From contig OZ220480.1 in the NCBI GenBank assembly GCA_965116025.1, forward strand, positions 1,440,001 to 1,504,000: 64,000 nucleotides of DNA. Reading direction: 5' to 3'. The stretch is from an uncultured candidatus Porisulfidus sp. (GTDB lineage: Bacteria; Pseudomonadota; Gammaproteobacteria; Poriferisulfidales; Poriferisulfidaceae). A model generated the notes under the pieces. That model was given only the letters and a program-made list of their open reading frames with translations. It had not been told where the DNA came from and did not search any database. Position 1 is the first letter of the stretch, and each line of letters opens with the position of its first letter. Below are positions 30,026 through 40,525 of the stretch, piece after piece. The position numbers were made by a program, and so were the translations under genes.

Positions 30026-31273
30026 TCAGGAATTAGCGTTCTCCCTTTTGTGGAATACTACTCTCAAATAGTCCTCTGTCGCATCAAATTCCGGTTCCGT
30101 TCCGTTGCATTCCTTCAAGAGAGGAATGATTTTTTTGCGCACTCCCATCCCGCGCGCGTCGACGTATCCATAATCGCGAAGCACCTCTACAATCAGGCGG
30201 TTGCGCGCCGATCTTTGGCCCGCGATCATCTTCTTGACTGTCATGGAATTCTGCAATGCGCCGGGGCTAATAATTTCGAGCCGATTCGCATAGCGCGCAA
30301 CCTCAATCTCTTCGTTCCGGGTCCAATCTCGGTGGGCCACCGCGTTCACGAGAGCCTCCCGAATCGCCTCTATGGGATAGAGCCAGCGACGTTCGCGACG
30401 CATAGAATCTCCGACTTCCGCGATTTCTTCTGATACGAACGGTCGCATCGCATCGATAAGATTCTCAAGAAGACCTTTTTCCACGACTTTCGCGCCGCCG
30501 CCGGGAAATGGATTTCGTAGGCCGACCAGAGGCCCGTCAAGAGTTTGATCATCAAGAGCGCTGTAGCTTTTATCATCGCCGTCGAACGCCATCCATCGGA
30601 TGCCTCCCTGACGTAAGAACCTTCGTGGGGAATGCCCAAAAAGCATGATGCCGGCGATCGTGCATACTGGAGGCTCGCTCCCCAACTGGCTCATGAAACT
30701 CAGTCCGCAAAGCCGTTCGTGCCATTCCGAATCCCTTTTCGGAACCTCCTTGTCCCCCATTATCGTGAACAGATAGTCCTTCAGCCGATCCTGACTGAGA
30801 TGGGCCAGTCCACTGCCCGATACCGGTAACAACTCTGCGTGTAGCATGCCCCCTAAAGCGTGCAGCCGCGCCTGTTGCTCTCGCGTCGCTGGCCGGGACA
30901 CGCTCCCTATACGGATATAGACATCTTCCCGGCCCCTATCACGCACGACATAAGGCTTGGTCGCGCCCTGGCTCACGGTAATCACCGCGACCCAACCCTG
31001 CTTGTCGACTCGAATCTCCTCATAGAATGGGATGATGGTCGGGTGAACATAGCGACCGAAGACCGTGTCCATTACCCAGCGTTCCAAGTCCTCGCGCTGA
31101 ATGCCGCTAATGGTCCCGTCATCGTCCACGCCAAGCAAAATACGCCCACCCTTAAAATTGGCTAAAGCCACGACCTCCTTGGCAAGTTGCTCGGGACGAA
31201 TATCATCTCGCTTAAATTCCACTCCAGAATTCTCGCCATTCGCTATCAATTCCAATAGATCTACTTTGGTCAT
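30026..31273 (-). CDS. AlbA_2/Schlafen-like domain protein fused to a RecG-C-terminal/HATPase_c_4-like domain
   Basis: GENSGVEFKR, EVVALANFKGGRILLGVDDDG, AIREALVNAVAHRDW, EIISPG, RNRLI, GMGV. Lower GC than flanking core genes. Confidence 0.85.
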   Translation of the reverse strand: MTKVDLLELIANGENSGVEFKRDDIRPEQLAKEVVALANFKGGRILLGVDDDGTISGIQREDLERWVMDTVFGRYVHPTIIPFYEEIRVDKQGWVAVITVSQGATKPYVVRDRGREDVYIRIGSVSRPATREQQARLHALGGMLHAELLPVSGSGLAHLSQDRLKDYLFTIMGDKEVPKRDSEWHERLCGLSFMSQLGSEPPVCTIAGIMLFGHSPRRFLRQGGIRWMAFDGDDKSYSALDDQTLDGPLVGLRNPFPGGGAKVVEKGLLENLIDAMRPFVSEEIAEVGDSMRRERRWLYPIEAIREALVNAVAHRDWTRNEEIEVARYANRLEIISPGALQNSMTVKKMIAGQRSARNRLIVEVLRDYGYVDARGMGVRKKIIPLLKECNGTEPEFDATEDYLRVVFHKRENANS

Positions 31274-31489
31274 TCTTTAAAATGCTGAACGCCGTTTCAA
31301 TTCGTGAGCGTGACGGCATTGTAACCCAGTGAGAGCGGCCAGAACGGTAGGATTGCGAAGAGGATTGGCCGCGTTCCGTCTGAAGAGAGTCAACCTTCCC
31401 CGGACGGAAAATTGCTGCGCCAATGCTTTCCCCCTCGGACTTACAGAAGCCGGGACATCTCTTCCCGCCAGGCGCGAACCATCTCCGAT

Positions 31490-31700
31490 TCCGCTCCGAA
31501 AAAGCCTCGTTCGGCGCGCGCCATCCTAAACAGCACTGAGACTGGTTGCTCAGGCGGTCCTCCACCGCCCGTGCCTCCTCCAGGACCATGTATGGGATGG
31601 TTCGCGCCGTTTCCCTGCTTGGCCTTGAGCGGGCGCAATGGGAGTACGACCAACCCATAGCGAAAGCGGGACGAACCTATGAAGCGGACTCCATATCAAC
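31490..31700 (-). pseudogene. Possible degenerate IS30-family transposase C-terminal remnant
   Basis: EEARAVEDRLSNQSQCCLGWRAPNEAF resembles the IS30 tail (..LNxRPRKxLGxxTPxExF). Upstream similarity is broken by a stop and frameshifts. Boundaries approximate. Confidence 0.5.
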
Positions 31701-31834
31701 TCGCCATCGCCCATCTGCGAGGCGCGGATCTGTCCGAGCATGCGCGAAATCCCGGGCTGGCCAAACATCGTCAAAATCGATTAGCTCGGAAATCGGGGGA
31801 TTCTGGAAACCGAAGTTTGGTCATCTTCGCGCCT

Positions 31835-31843
31835 TGATATAAT
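31835..31843 (+). promoter_or_regulatory. Extended -10 promoter element of autotransporter 2
   Basis: TGATATAAT 34 nt before the ATG. TATAATCCGC is shared with paralog 1 (22268-22277), and paralog 3 has TACAAT at 58145-58150. Confidence 0.6.
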
Positions 31844-31877
31844 CCGCCTTGATCATTCATCGTCGTGAGAGGCTTTC

Positions 31878-34800
31878 ATGAGAGCTACCCTGCATTTTTC
31901 TGATACCGTCCGCGCCGCGCTTCGCGGGGCTTCGTCGTCTTCCCGCGTAGGGGGGGGGGGGGGGGGGGGGCATAGCCTCCGTTTCCTGACCGTTCTGGCC
32001 GGCTTCACGGCCGTTCTCTCCATTCCGCTGATTCCGCATCCCGCCGAGGCGGCGGCCACGGGGAATTGCGGCGCTCTTCCCAGCGGCTCGGGCGCCGCCG
32101 AGGTCACTTGCGACGACCCGACCTACACCAAGGCCGATGGCCCGCCGATCGGGTACGATCTCGCCGCGCCAGGCCGGAGCGTGACGCTGACGGTCAAGCC
32201 TTCCGGGGCGGGCACGGTCACCATCACGTCTAGCGGGATCCCCAGCGGCGCGAGCGACGCTCGGCCGGGGATCGTCCTGAGCGGGCCCGGCGCCCTGAAG
32301 AAAGTCGTTCTCGATGGGCGGGTCCGCATTGAGAGCGGCGCGAGCCGGCGGCTCGTGACGGGGCTGCCCACGACGGTGACGGTCACGCGCATCGGGAAGG
32401 CCATTGATTCGAGGGACCGCGGGGCGGGGCTCAACCACGGCGTCTACGTGAAGCACTTGGGAAGCGACGCCGACGCTCAGAAGGACCGCGCCGAGGTGAT
32501 GGTGGGAGCCGAGGCGAGGATCGGAACCGAAGGCAAGCCGATGGGCGGGTACGGGGTTCTGGCGTACTTCCAGCACGCCACCGATGTCGGCGTGACGAAC
32601 GCGGGCGAGATTTACGGGATGTATGCCGGGATACTGGCGCATCGCTCGGGCGAGGGCGACACCGTGATCAAAACAGCGAAGAATAGCGTGACCTCGCAAG
32701 GGATCCGGGCGTCAGCGGGGAATCTCCAGGACGAGGATCTGCATGAGAACTGGCTTAGGGATGTATGGATAGCCCCGGGCGAGTCCCCTGGAGGCGGTGA
32801 CATCACGATCATCCATGAGGGCAAGATCGTGGTCCAAACCGACCCGCTCCGCTATCTGACCACGACGACCCCGACGGCGTTTAGACACGTGGAAGGTCGA
32901 AGCTCGTATGCGCGCGCCGGGATTCACGTGTTTCACCAGGACAAGAGCGCTCCGGCCGCGGACGGGCAGGCCAGCAGCGAGATCTCGATCACGTCGAGCG
33001 GCGACATCGAGATCGTGACGGATCCAGGCGTCGAGCCACGGTGGGGAACGCGAGGCATTCAAGTCATAACGAAAGGAGACGACGATTCGGTGGTTCCGGT
33101 CACGGTCGACGTGACGGGAGGAAGCATCATGGGAGAGGGAAGAGGAGACGCCCACGCGATCCAGATTCACCATGAGCATAACGGGGGGCTGATCAAGGTG
33201 GATCTGGCGGGCGCGATCACCGGGGCGGGGGGCGTGAGTGGACATGGGGACGGCATTCATGTGTATCGGTACCGACCGACCAAACCGGCGGCCGCCGTGA
33301 AATCCAGCGGCATCGAGGTGACGCTGAGGTCCGGGGCGCGGATCGGCGTGGAGGGAGACGAGCCGACCGTGGGCCGGCATGGCGTGTTCATCCAGCAGCA
33401 AATCTACGGAGGATCGATCCGGGTGGCCGTGTCCGAGGGAGCGAGGATCGGGACCGCGGGGACTCCGGTTGGCGGGCACGGCGTGCTCGCTGATGTCATA
33501 GAAGCTGCTGACGAGGCTGACGTCATGGTCACCAACGAAGGCTTCATTCACGCGAAGGGCTCGGGGGTGGTCGCTGTGCATCGCGGTTCGGGCGACGTGG
33601 TGGCGAAGCACCTGAAGGGCGAGATAATCGCGGGCGACGCGCCCGACATCTTCGACTTGCTAACGGAGGATCACCCGACGCAACTGGCGGACTTGAAGTC
33701 CCGAACCGCCGGCATCCTCGCCGTCCATGGAAGCTCGAGATTCAAAACGCCCGAAGGCGAGACGTTCAATGAAAATGATCCCTCCACCTACACCACCGAG
33801 ACCGGGAAGATCGAGATCGCGTCGAAAGCGGACATCACGTCGAAGGGCGACGGAATTCTCGCCTATGTGAAAGATCTGGACGATACGGGTGATGTGCGAG
33901 CCGGAAAAATGATCATCCCGATCATGATCGATGTTTCAGGCGGGACGATCATGGCGGACGGGCATGGTGTCTACGCGGAGACGGCCACGACCTACGACGA
34001 TCCCACGGAAGCCGGGAAGATCGAGGTCACGGTGGGGGAGATGGCGACGATCCGAGCCAAGAAGGATGGCGTTCACGTCAAGGGGATGCGGACCTTCGCG
34101 TCCGACCACGCCCGGAAGGGACAATACGACCAGACGGTCACCATCAACGGCAAGGTGATGGGCGGCGGTGGAGACTATGTTGGCGTTCGGATGGTGAAGG
34201 GCGGGACGCTGGTGATCGGGAGCGGCGGGCCGGAGGCGCGGCTCAGGGCGGCCTCGGGCGTGGCGGTCCACGCGGACGGGGCTCTGACCATCACGATGAG
34301 CAAGACCGCCGACGGGCGCATCGGCTGGGTCGTGGGGAAGATCCAGAACGGCGACAGCGGCGACACGACCTTCGCGGGCGTGGAAGTGGGGAAGACGTAC
34401 CTTCTTCAGGATTGGGAGGAGACGAAGGGGATATACGACACGACGATCGAGCGGAAGGTGACCTTGAGGGAACGCGCGGACGAGGACTATCACGAGTTCG
34501 AGCTGGTCTCGCAAGAGGAGATCGTTCGGGAGTACCATGATCGGGCTCGGGTGTACGAGGCGCTGCCGTCGGTGCTGCTGGAGATGAGCGCGCCGGGCGG
34601 TCGTCAGGCGCGGTTGTCGGCGACGCGGGACGGCGGTGGCGCGTGGGCGCGGGTTTTGGCGAGCGACGGCGAGCGTGAGGCGGAGACGTCCACGACGGCG
34701 ATGGACACGGCGGGGCATGATCTGTCCTGGGACTTCGAGCGCTGGGGCGTGGAGACGGGCTTCGCCGTTCCCACGGACCTGCCGGGCGTGACGCTGGGGG

Positions 34801-35438
34801 TGAGCGCGCACTACCGTGATGGCGAGGCGGACGTCGAGCGCGGCGGGAAGATCGAGGTCTCGGGCGTGGGCGTCGGGGTATCGGCGACTTGGTGGGGTGA
34901 GGATGGCTGGTACGCGGACGGGGAGTTCTCGTACACGCGTTTCGAGGATGTCGACCTGAGCTCGGAGACTCGGGGGATGGTGGCGTCCGGATTGGACGGA
35001 GAGGGTCACGCGATCGGCGTGGAGGTCGGCAGGCGCATGGAGATGGACGGCTTCGCGCTGGTTCCGCGCGGGGGATTGACGTGGACTTGGGTGGACGTCG
35101 ACGGCTTCGCCGACGTATCGGGCGTTGCTGGGAGCGGTCGGGCGTCGTTCCGCTCGGAGGACAGCGTGAGAGCGCGGGTCGGGGCGCTGCTGGAGAATGG
35201 CCAGACGTACGCGTCTCTGGACGTGGAGCGTGAGTTCTCGGAGAGCCGGGAGGCGATGGCGTCGGGAGCGCGGTTGCGCTCGGAGGTGGAGTCTACGTGG
35301 GCGCGCGTGGGCGTTGGGGGCGTGATGGTCTTGGATGAGAAGGGAGAGTCGACGCTCTCGGGAGAGGCGCACTACGCGGCGTCGGACGGCGACAATCACG
35401 ATTACGGCGCGAGCGTCCTTCTGAAGGTCCGCTTCTGA
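31878..35438 (+). CDS. Autotransporter paralog 2 (in frame, putative phase-ON), 1186 aa
   Basis: Signal peptide with G7 followed by an h-region FLTVLAGFTAVLSIPL and AEA site, N-terminal Cys pair, beta-rich passenger, barrel ending LKVRF. Confidence 0.9.
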   Translation: MRATLHFSDTVRAALRGASSSSRVGGGGGGGHSLRFLTVLAGFTAVLSIPLIPHPAEAAATGNCGALPSGSGAAEVTCDDPTYTKADGPPIGYDLAAPGRSVTLTVKPSGAGTVTITSSGIPSGASDARPGIVLSGPGALKKVVLDGRVRIESGASRRLVTGLPTTVTVTRIGKAIDSRDRGAGLNHGVYVKHLGSDADAQKDRAEVMVGAEARIGTEGKPMGGYGVLAYFQHATDVGVTNAGEIYGMYAGILAHRSGEGDTVIKTAKNSVTSQGIRASAGNLQDEDLHENWLRDVWIAPGESPGGGDITIIHEGKIVVQTDPLRYLTTTTPTAFRHVEGRSSYARAGIHVFHQDKSAPAADGQASSEISITSSGDIEIVTDPGVEPRWGTRGIQVITKGDDDSVVPVTVDVTGGSIMGEGRGDAHAIQIHHEHNGGLIKVDLAGAITGAGGVSGHGDGIHVYRYRPTKPAAAVKSSGIEVTLRSGARIGVEGDEPTVGRHGVFIQQQIYGGSIRVAVSEGARIGTAGTPVGGHGVLADVIEAADEADVMVTNEGFIHAKGSGVVAVHRGSGDVVAKHLKGEIIAGDAPDIFDLLTEDHPTQLADLKSRTAGILAVHGSSRFKTPEGETFNENDPSTYTTETGKIEIASKADITSKGDGILAYVKDLDDTGDVRAGKMIIPIMIDVSGGTIMADGHGVYAETATTYDDPTEAGKIEVTVGEMATIRAKKDGVHVKGMRTFASDHARKGQYDQTVTINGKVMGGGGDYVGVRMVKGGTLVIGSGGPEARLRAASGVAVHADGALTITMSKTADGRIGWVVGKIQNGDSGDTTFAGVEVGKTYLLQDWEETKGIYDTTIERKVTLRERADEDYHEFELVSQEEIVREYHDRARVYEALPSVLLEMSAPGGRQARLSATRDGGGAWARVLASDGEREAETSTTAMDTAGHDLSWDFERWGVETGFAVPTDLPGVTLGVSAHYRDGEADVERGGKIEVSGVGVGVSATWWGEDGWYADGEFSYTRFEDVDLSSETRGMVASGLDGEGHAIGVEVGRRMEMDGFALVPRGGLTWTWVDVDGFADVSGVAGSGRASFRSEDSVRARVGALLENGQTYASLDVEREFSESREAMASGARLRSEVESTWARVGVGGVMVLDEKGESTLSGEAHYAASDGDNHDYGASVLLKVRF
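31950..31970 (+). repeat. Poly-G tract (21 G), in frame
   Basis: CGTA-G21-CATAGCC, counted directly. Confidence 0.95.
34023..35438 (+). repeat. Near-identical 1416-bp autotransporter block (copy 2)
   Basis: Offset +9642 from copy 1 at both ends. Confidence 0.93.
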
Positions 35439-35450
35439 TCGGCTTCTGAT

Positions 35451-35482
35451 CGCGGCCCCGGCGGCGATCAGCCGGGGCCGCG
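35451..35482 (+). terminator. Hairpin 3' of autotransporter 2
   Basis: 12-bp stem CGCGGCCCCGGC/GCCGGGGCCGCG followed by TCTTGTAT. Confidence 0.6.
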
Positions 35483-35774
35483 TCTTGTATCGGGATGGCC
35501 GCGCGGGCTCTCCTACAAAAGATCCGAGACGCGCGACCAGCGCCCCGATGGCGTCCATGCGCGATTTTGGGAGTGCGGCGGTGGAGGAGCGCGGGCCGCT
35601 GGCATGATAGGTTTGAGGTCGTTCGCGTGATAAGGCCGGAGCGCGCGGAATCTATCGGAGCTCGGAAGGCGGCGTTCTCTCCCCAAGAAGCCGGATATAT
35701 GAGGTCGGATGTATGCGTGCGGCTGATCGAGCTTCCGATTTGTGGGGAGGGGACGAACCATATATGTATAATGA

Positions 35775-35910
35775 GTTCTCGCGGGCGAGTCCCGCGAATT
35801 TCGCGTCCGGACCGACACGAGCGACGGGTGCCCCGCGGGGTTGTCGCGAGGGGTTTGGGCAGTTTGACAACCCGAAAGGTTTCGGATCTTGAAGATCTGG
35901 AGCCGCACTA
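35775..35910 (+). ncRNA. rpsB 5' leader (t44/S2 autoregulatory RNA)
   Basis: Lies after TATAAT (35767-35772) and before rpsB. Contains GACAC...GGGTGCCCC.CGGGGT, resembling the conserved gammaproteobacterial rpsB leader core. Boundaries approximate. Confidence 0.55.
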
Positions 35911-35921
35911 GGAGGGCCGCG

Positions 35922-36755
35922 ATGCCGTGCGCCACCTTGCGCGAGATGCTGGAGGCCGGAGTCCACTTCGGACACCGGACCCGATTCTGGAACCCCAGTA
36001 TGGCGCCGTATATCTTCGGCGAGCGCAACAAAATCCACATCATCAACCTTGAGATCACCCAGCGCTTGCTGGACGAGGCCGCCGAAAGGTTGCGCCAATG
36101 GGCCGCCGAGGGCAAGACGATCCTGATCGTCGGCACCAAGCGCGCGGCGCAGGACATCGTTCGCGCCAAGGCCGAGGAGTGCGGCATGCCGTACGTCTCG
36201 CAACGCTGGCTGGGCGGAACGTTGACCAACTTCCACACCGTGCGGAATTCTCTCAAGCGCTTGGAGGACCTCAAGCGCATGGAGGGAGAGAACCTGATGG
36301 CGCGCGTCAGCAAGAAAGAAGCGTTGCGCCTGACCCGCGAGAAGCTCAAGCTGGAGCGTAGCTTGGGCGGCATCGAGGGCATGGAGCGGCTTCCGGATGC
36401 CCTGTTCGTGATTGACGTTCGCTACGAGGGCATCGCGGTGCGCGAGGCGCGGCGCTTGGGCATTCCGGTCGTCGCGGTGGTGGACAGCAACAGCTCCGTC
36501 AAGGGCATCGACCACGTGATTCCAGGCAACGACGACGCGATCCGCTCGATCCAGTTGTATATGGACGTGGTCAGCGCCGCGATCCAGAAAGGGCGTGAGC
36601 GAGCCGAGGAAGAGGGACTGGAGATTGACGCGCCGGCCTCGCGCGGGCCCGCGATCACGCGCAAGGGTCGGCGGGCCCGACTCAGCGTCGAGCCGAAGCC
36701 GGAGGAGCTTCCAGACGCGCCCGAGGGACCCGCGCCCGAAGCGGCAGTCGGCTAA
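35922..36755 (+). CDS. rpsB: 30S ribosomal protein S2
   Basis: [29 protein letters not shown]. Start at ATG 35922 after a GGAGG RBS. Confidence 0.98.
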   Translation: MPCATLREMLEAGVHFGHRTRFWNPSMAPYIFGERNKIHIINLEITQRLLDEAAERLRQWAAEGKTILIVGTKRAAQDIVRAKAEECGMPYVSQRWLGGTLTNFHTVRNSLKRLEDLKRMEGENLMARVSKKEALRLTREKLKLERSLGGIEGMERLPDALFVIDVRYEGIAVREARRLGIPVVAVVDSNSSVKGIDHVIPGNDDAIRSIQLYMDVVSAAIQKGRERAEEEGLEIDAPASRGPAITRKGRRARLSVEPKPEELPDAPEGPAPEAAVG

Positions 36756-36774
36756 TGGTCTTGAGGATAATCTC

Positions 36775-37653
36775 ATGAAGATTACGGCAGGACTCGTGAA
36801 GGAGTTGCGCGCCCGCACCGGGGTGGGGATGATGGAATGCAAGCGCGCGTTGAGTGAGGTCGACGGTGATCTTGACGCCGCTGTTCAGCGCCTGCGCGCG
36901 TCTGGGCGGATGAAGGCGGACCAGAAGTCAGCGCGCGCGGCGGCCGAGGGAGCGCTGGCGCTCGCGAAATCGGAGGACGGTTCGCGCGCGGTTCTGGTGG
37001 AGGTCAACAGCGAGACCGATTTTGTCGCCAAGGACGATGGCTTTCTGGCGTTCGCGCAGGCGTGCGCCGACGCGGCTCTGGCCTCAGGAGCCGAGACCGT
37101 CGAGGAGCTGATGGCCCAGACGATCGCCGATGGCCGCGCGCTTGAGGACGAGCGCCGCGACTTGGTGGCGCGGCTAGGCGAGAACGTCCAGGCGCGCCGC
37201 TTTCGATGTCTCGACGCCGCTGGCGCCGCGCTTGGTTGCTACCTGCATGGCCAGCGGATCGGAGTGGTGGTGGTGTTCTCCGGTGAGCCCGAGTTGGGAC
37301 GTGATCTGGCGATGCATGTCGCGGCGTCCCGCCCGGTGTGCGTGGACGAGAACGATGTTCCGAAAGACCTTCTGGAGCGAGAGCGTTCCGCGCTGGCCGC
37401 GCAGGCCCGCGAATCCGGAAAACCTCCGGAGATCATGGAGAAGATGATCGCTGGGCGATTGCGCAAGTATTTGTCCGAGATCACGTTGCTGGGTCAGCCG
37501 TTCGTCCGCGACCCGGACGTGACGGTGGGCGAGCTGCTTCGCTCGCGGGACTCCTCGGTGCGGGATTTCGCGCGTCTGGAAGTCGGCGAGGGAATCGAGA
37601 GAAAACAGGAAAACTTCGCTGAGGAAGTCCGCGCGCAGGCGCGCGGGAGCTGA
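36775..37653 (+). CDS. tsf: Elongation factor Ts
   Basis: [33 protein letters not shown]. Confidence 0.98.
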   Translation: MKITAGLVKELRARTGVGMMECKRALSEVDGDLDAAVQRLRASGRMKADQKSARAAAEGALALAKSEDGSRAVLVEVNSETDFVAKDDGFLAFAQACADAALASGAETVEELMAQTIADGRALEDERRDLVARLGENVQARRFRCLDAAGAALGCYLHGQRIGVVVVFSGEPELGRDLAMHVAASRPVCVDENDVPKDLLERERSALAAQARESGKPPEIMEKMIAGRLRKYLSEITLLGQPFVRDPDVTVGELLRSRDSSVRDFARLEVGEGIERKQENFAEEVRAQARGS

Positions 37654-37663
37654 CGCGCCCGCC

Positions 37664-38392
37664 ATGTCCGCCGCCTACCGCCGCGTCCTTTTGAAGATCA
37701 GCGGTGAGGCCTTGATGGGCGCGAGCCGCTATGGCATCGACCCGGAGACGGTGCGCCGACTGGCCACCGACTTGGCCCGGGCGCAAGGCGAGGGGGTCCA
37801 GATCGCGGTGGTGGTCGGCGGCGGAAACATCGTTCGGGGCGAGGGGCTCGAGACCGCCGGGATCGACCGGGTCGCCGGTGACCACATGGGCATGCTGGCG
37901 ACCTTGATCAACGCGCTGGCTCTTCAGGAATCGGTGGAGCAGCGGCAGGTCGCGTGCCGGGTGATGTCCGCGATCCCGGTGCCGCAGGTCTGCGAGGCCT
38001 ACATTCGCCGTCGCGCCGTGCGCCACCTCGAGAAAGGGCGTCTGGTGGTGTTCGCCACCGGCACCGGCAACCCGTTTTTCACGACCGACACCGCCGCTAG
38101 TCTGCGCGCCGTGGAAGTGGGCGCGGATCTCTTGGTCAAGGCGACCAAGGTGGACGGGGTGTACTCTGGCGATCCGCTCTCCGAGCCGGACGCGCGGCGC
38201 TTCGAGCGAATCGACTACGATGACGCGTTGCGACGCAAGCTTGGGATCATGGACTCGACCGCCTTGGTGCTGTGTCGAGACAATCGAGTCCCGATCCGGG
38301 TGTTCAACATGTTCGAGGACGGCGCCCTGCTTCGGCTGATCGCTGGCGAGCCGGTCGGCACCCTCGTGCGCGCGGAGGCGGGGCATGCGTGA
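37664..38392 (+). CDS. pyrH: UMP kinase
   Basis: [33 protein letters not shown]. Confidence 0.98.
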   Translation: MSAAYRRVLLKISGEALMGASRYGIDPETVRRLATDLARAQGEGVQIAVVVGGGNIVRGEGLETAGIDRVAGDHMGMLATLINALALQESVEQRQVACRVMSAIPVPQVCEAYIRRRAVRHLEKGRLVVFATGTGNPFFTTDTAASLRAVEVGADLLVKATKVDGVYSGDPLSEPDARRFERIDYDDALRRKLGIMDSTALVLCRDNRVPIRVFNMFEDGALLRLIAGEPVGTLVRAEAGHA

Positions 38393-38942
38393 GGAGATCC
38401 TGTCCGACGCCGCCGAGCGCATGCGCAAAAGCCTAAGCGTGCTGGGCGAGGCGCTGACCCGCATTCGCACTGGACGCGCCCATCCCAGCTTGCTGGATCC
38501 GATCAAGGTCGAGTACTACGGAGCCGATGTGCCGATTTCGCAGGTTGGCAGCGTGACGGTGGAGGAGGGTCGCACGCTGGTGGTGCAGGTGTGGGAGAAA
38601 GACATGGTGGAGACGGTGGAGAAGGCGTTGTTGAACTCCGACTTGGGCATCACGCCGGCTAGCGCAGGGCAGGTCGTGCGCTTGCCGATGCCGCCGCTCA
38701 CTGAGGAGCGGCGCCGGGCCCGGGCTCGGCAGGTGCGGGAGACTCTGGAGGAGGCGCGGGTCTCGATCCGCAATGTGCGCCGCGACGCCAACCACATGCT
38801 CAAGGACCTGCTTCGGGAGAAGGAAATCGGCGAGGACGAGGAGCGCCGCGACCAGGAGGCGGTGCAGAAGCTCACCGACGACTCCATCCGTCAGGCGGAG
38901 CGGATGGCGACGGATAAGGAAAAAGCCCTGCTGGAGATCTGA
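38385..38942 (+). CDS. frr: Ribosome recycling factor
   Basis: [23 protein letters not shown]. Confidence 0.97.
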   Translation: MREEILSDAAERMRKSLSVLGEALTRIRTGRAHPSLLDPIKVEYYGADVPISQVGSVTVEEGRTLVVQVWEKDMVETVEKALLNSDLGITPASAGQVVRLPMPPLTEERRRARARQVRETLEEARVSIRNVRRDANHMLKDLLREKEIGEDEERRDQEAVQKLTDDSIRQAERMATDKEKALLEI

Positions 38943-38954
38943 GGGTTCCGAAGA

Positions 38955-39668
38955 GTGATTCGCGAGCTCGCTCCGCGACGGCCTGATCTCCCGGCTCATG
39001 TCGCGCTGATCTTGGACGGCAACCGTCGTTGGGCGCGTCAGCGCGAGCGGTCTCACGAGGCTGGCTATCGCGCGGGCGTTCGGGCTACCCGCTCCTTGGT
39101 GGAGCACGCCGCGCGCCGCGGGATCCCGGTTCTCACCGTGTTCGCGTTCAGCAGCGAGAATAGCAAGCGGCCCAAGCCGCAGGTGGAGCTGCTGATGAGC
39201 TTGCTGATCGAGACGCTGGACGCCCAGGCCCACGAGCTCGTGGAACGGGGCGTTCGCCTGCGCTTCATTGGCGAGAGGGACCGGTTGTCGGGCCGGATTC
39301 GGTCTCGAATCCGAAAAATAGAGGCGCAGGCCCCGGATGAGCCGAGCCTGATCTTGTGCGTGGCCTTGCACTACGGCGGCCGCCAAGACCTGGTGGACGC
39401 TTTCCAGCGTTGCCGAGCGAAGGACGCGGACGCCATCGGGGAGGAGGAGGTGTCGCGGGCCCTCGGAACCGCGGGCCTGCCGGACCCGGACCTGCTAATT
39501 CGCACCGGAGGTGAATTCCGGCTAAGCAACTTCCTGCTATGGCAGCTGGCGTACACTGAGTTGTACTTCACCGATTGCCTGTGGCCGGATTTCGACGAGA
39601 AGGAATTCGACCGCGCTCTGGAGTGGTTCGCGGCGCGCGAGCGCCGTTATGGGGGAAGCTCCGGATGA
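38955..39668 (+). CDS. uppS: Undecaprenyl diphosphate synthase
   Basis: HVALILDGNRRWA, FAFSSEN, DLLIRTGGE.RLSNFLLWQ. Confidence 0.96.
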   Translation: MIRELAPRRPDLPAHVALILDGNRRWARQRERSHEAGYRAGVRATRSLVEHAARRGIPVLTVFAFSSENSKRPKPQVELLMSLLIETLDAQAHELVERGVRLRFIGERDRLSGRIRSRIRKIEAQAPDEPSLILCVALHYGGRQDLVDAFQRCRAKDADAIGEEEVSRALGTAGLPDPDLLIRTGGEFRLSNFLLWQLAYTELYFTDCLWPDFDEKEFDRALEWFAARERRYGGSSG

Positions 39669-40525
39669 GCGAGTTCCAGAAGCGTCTCGGCACCTCCGCC
39701 ACCCTGTTGCTCGTGGTCGCGGCCGCGCTGATTTCGATCGAGTTCGGGATCTTCGCGCCTTGGTTCGTTCTCGTCGCGGCGGCGGGGGCGGTCGCGACTT
39801 GGGAATGGGCCGGATTGCTGGGCTTGCGCGGTGGGCTCCGGGCGCTTCACGTGATCGCGTGCGCGGGCGTGACCGTATCGATTCTGCCCTTGGACTCGCG
39901 GATTTCTGGAGTCGTGTTCGGAATGACGCAAGGCCTCGCGGCCACGCCAGCTTCCGATATCGTCTTTGGAATGGTGATCGGGCTGTGGGGACTGGCGTTG
40001 TTGCGCGTCGCGGGAGTTCCGTTCCCGGCGCGCGCCGAACGCATCTTCTTCGGAGCGCTGGGTCTGGTCGCGCCGCCCGCGGCCGTGGTCATCCTCACGA
40101 GCGGCGCTGGAATGATCCTGTGGCTGTTGCTGGTGGTGGTCATCGTGGCGGACACGGCCGCCTACGGATTCGGTCGCCGTTTCGGCCGGACCGCGCTGGC
40201 GCCGGAGATTTCCCCGAGCAAGACTCGCGCTGGTTTCGTTGGCGCCTTGCTGGCGGTGGCGGGCGTGGCCGTGCTGGCGGCATGGGAGCTCGACTTTCCT
40301 CCGGCGACTTGGTTCTCCTTCGTCGGTCTAGCCTTGCTGACGGCTTGCTTCAGCGTGGTCGGAGACCTTTCGATCAGCCGCCTCAAGCGCATGGCGGGAG
40401 TCAAGGATAGCGGCCGGATTCTGCCTGGACACGGGGGAGTTTTGGACCGGGTCGATGGTTTGCTGGCGGCGTCGGTGGCGTTCGCTTTCGGCGACGTGGC
40501 GCTGTCGAGGGTTCTTCCGACGTGA
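39665..40525 (+). CDS. cdsA: Phosphatidate cytidylyltransferase
   Basis: DTAAY..GR.FG, ISPSKT, KDSGRILPGHGGVLDRVD. Confidence 0.95.
   Translation: MSEFQKRLGTSATLLLVVAAALISIEFGIFAPWFVLVAAAGAVATWEWAGLLGLRGGLRALHVIACAGVTVSILPLDSRISGVVFGMTQGLAATPASDIVFGMVIGLWGLALLRVAGVPFPARAERIFFGALGLVAPPAAVVILTSGAGMILWLLLVVVIVADTAAYGFGRRFGRTALAPEISPSKTRAGFVGALLAVAGVAVLAAWELDFPPATWFSFVGLALLTACFSVVGDLSISRLKRMAGVKDSGRILPGHGGVLDRVDGLLAASVAFAFGDVALSRVLPT

Noticed and set aside
36600-36755. C-terminal extension of ribosomal protein S2
   Set aside because: Low-complexity Pro/Glu/Ala tails on S2 are common and uninformative.
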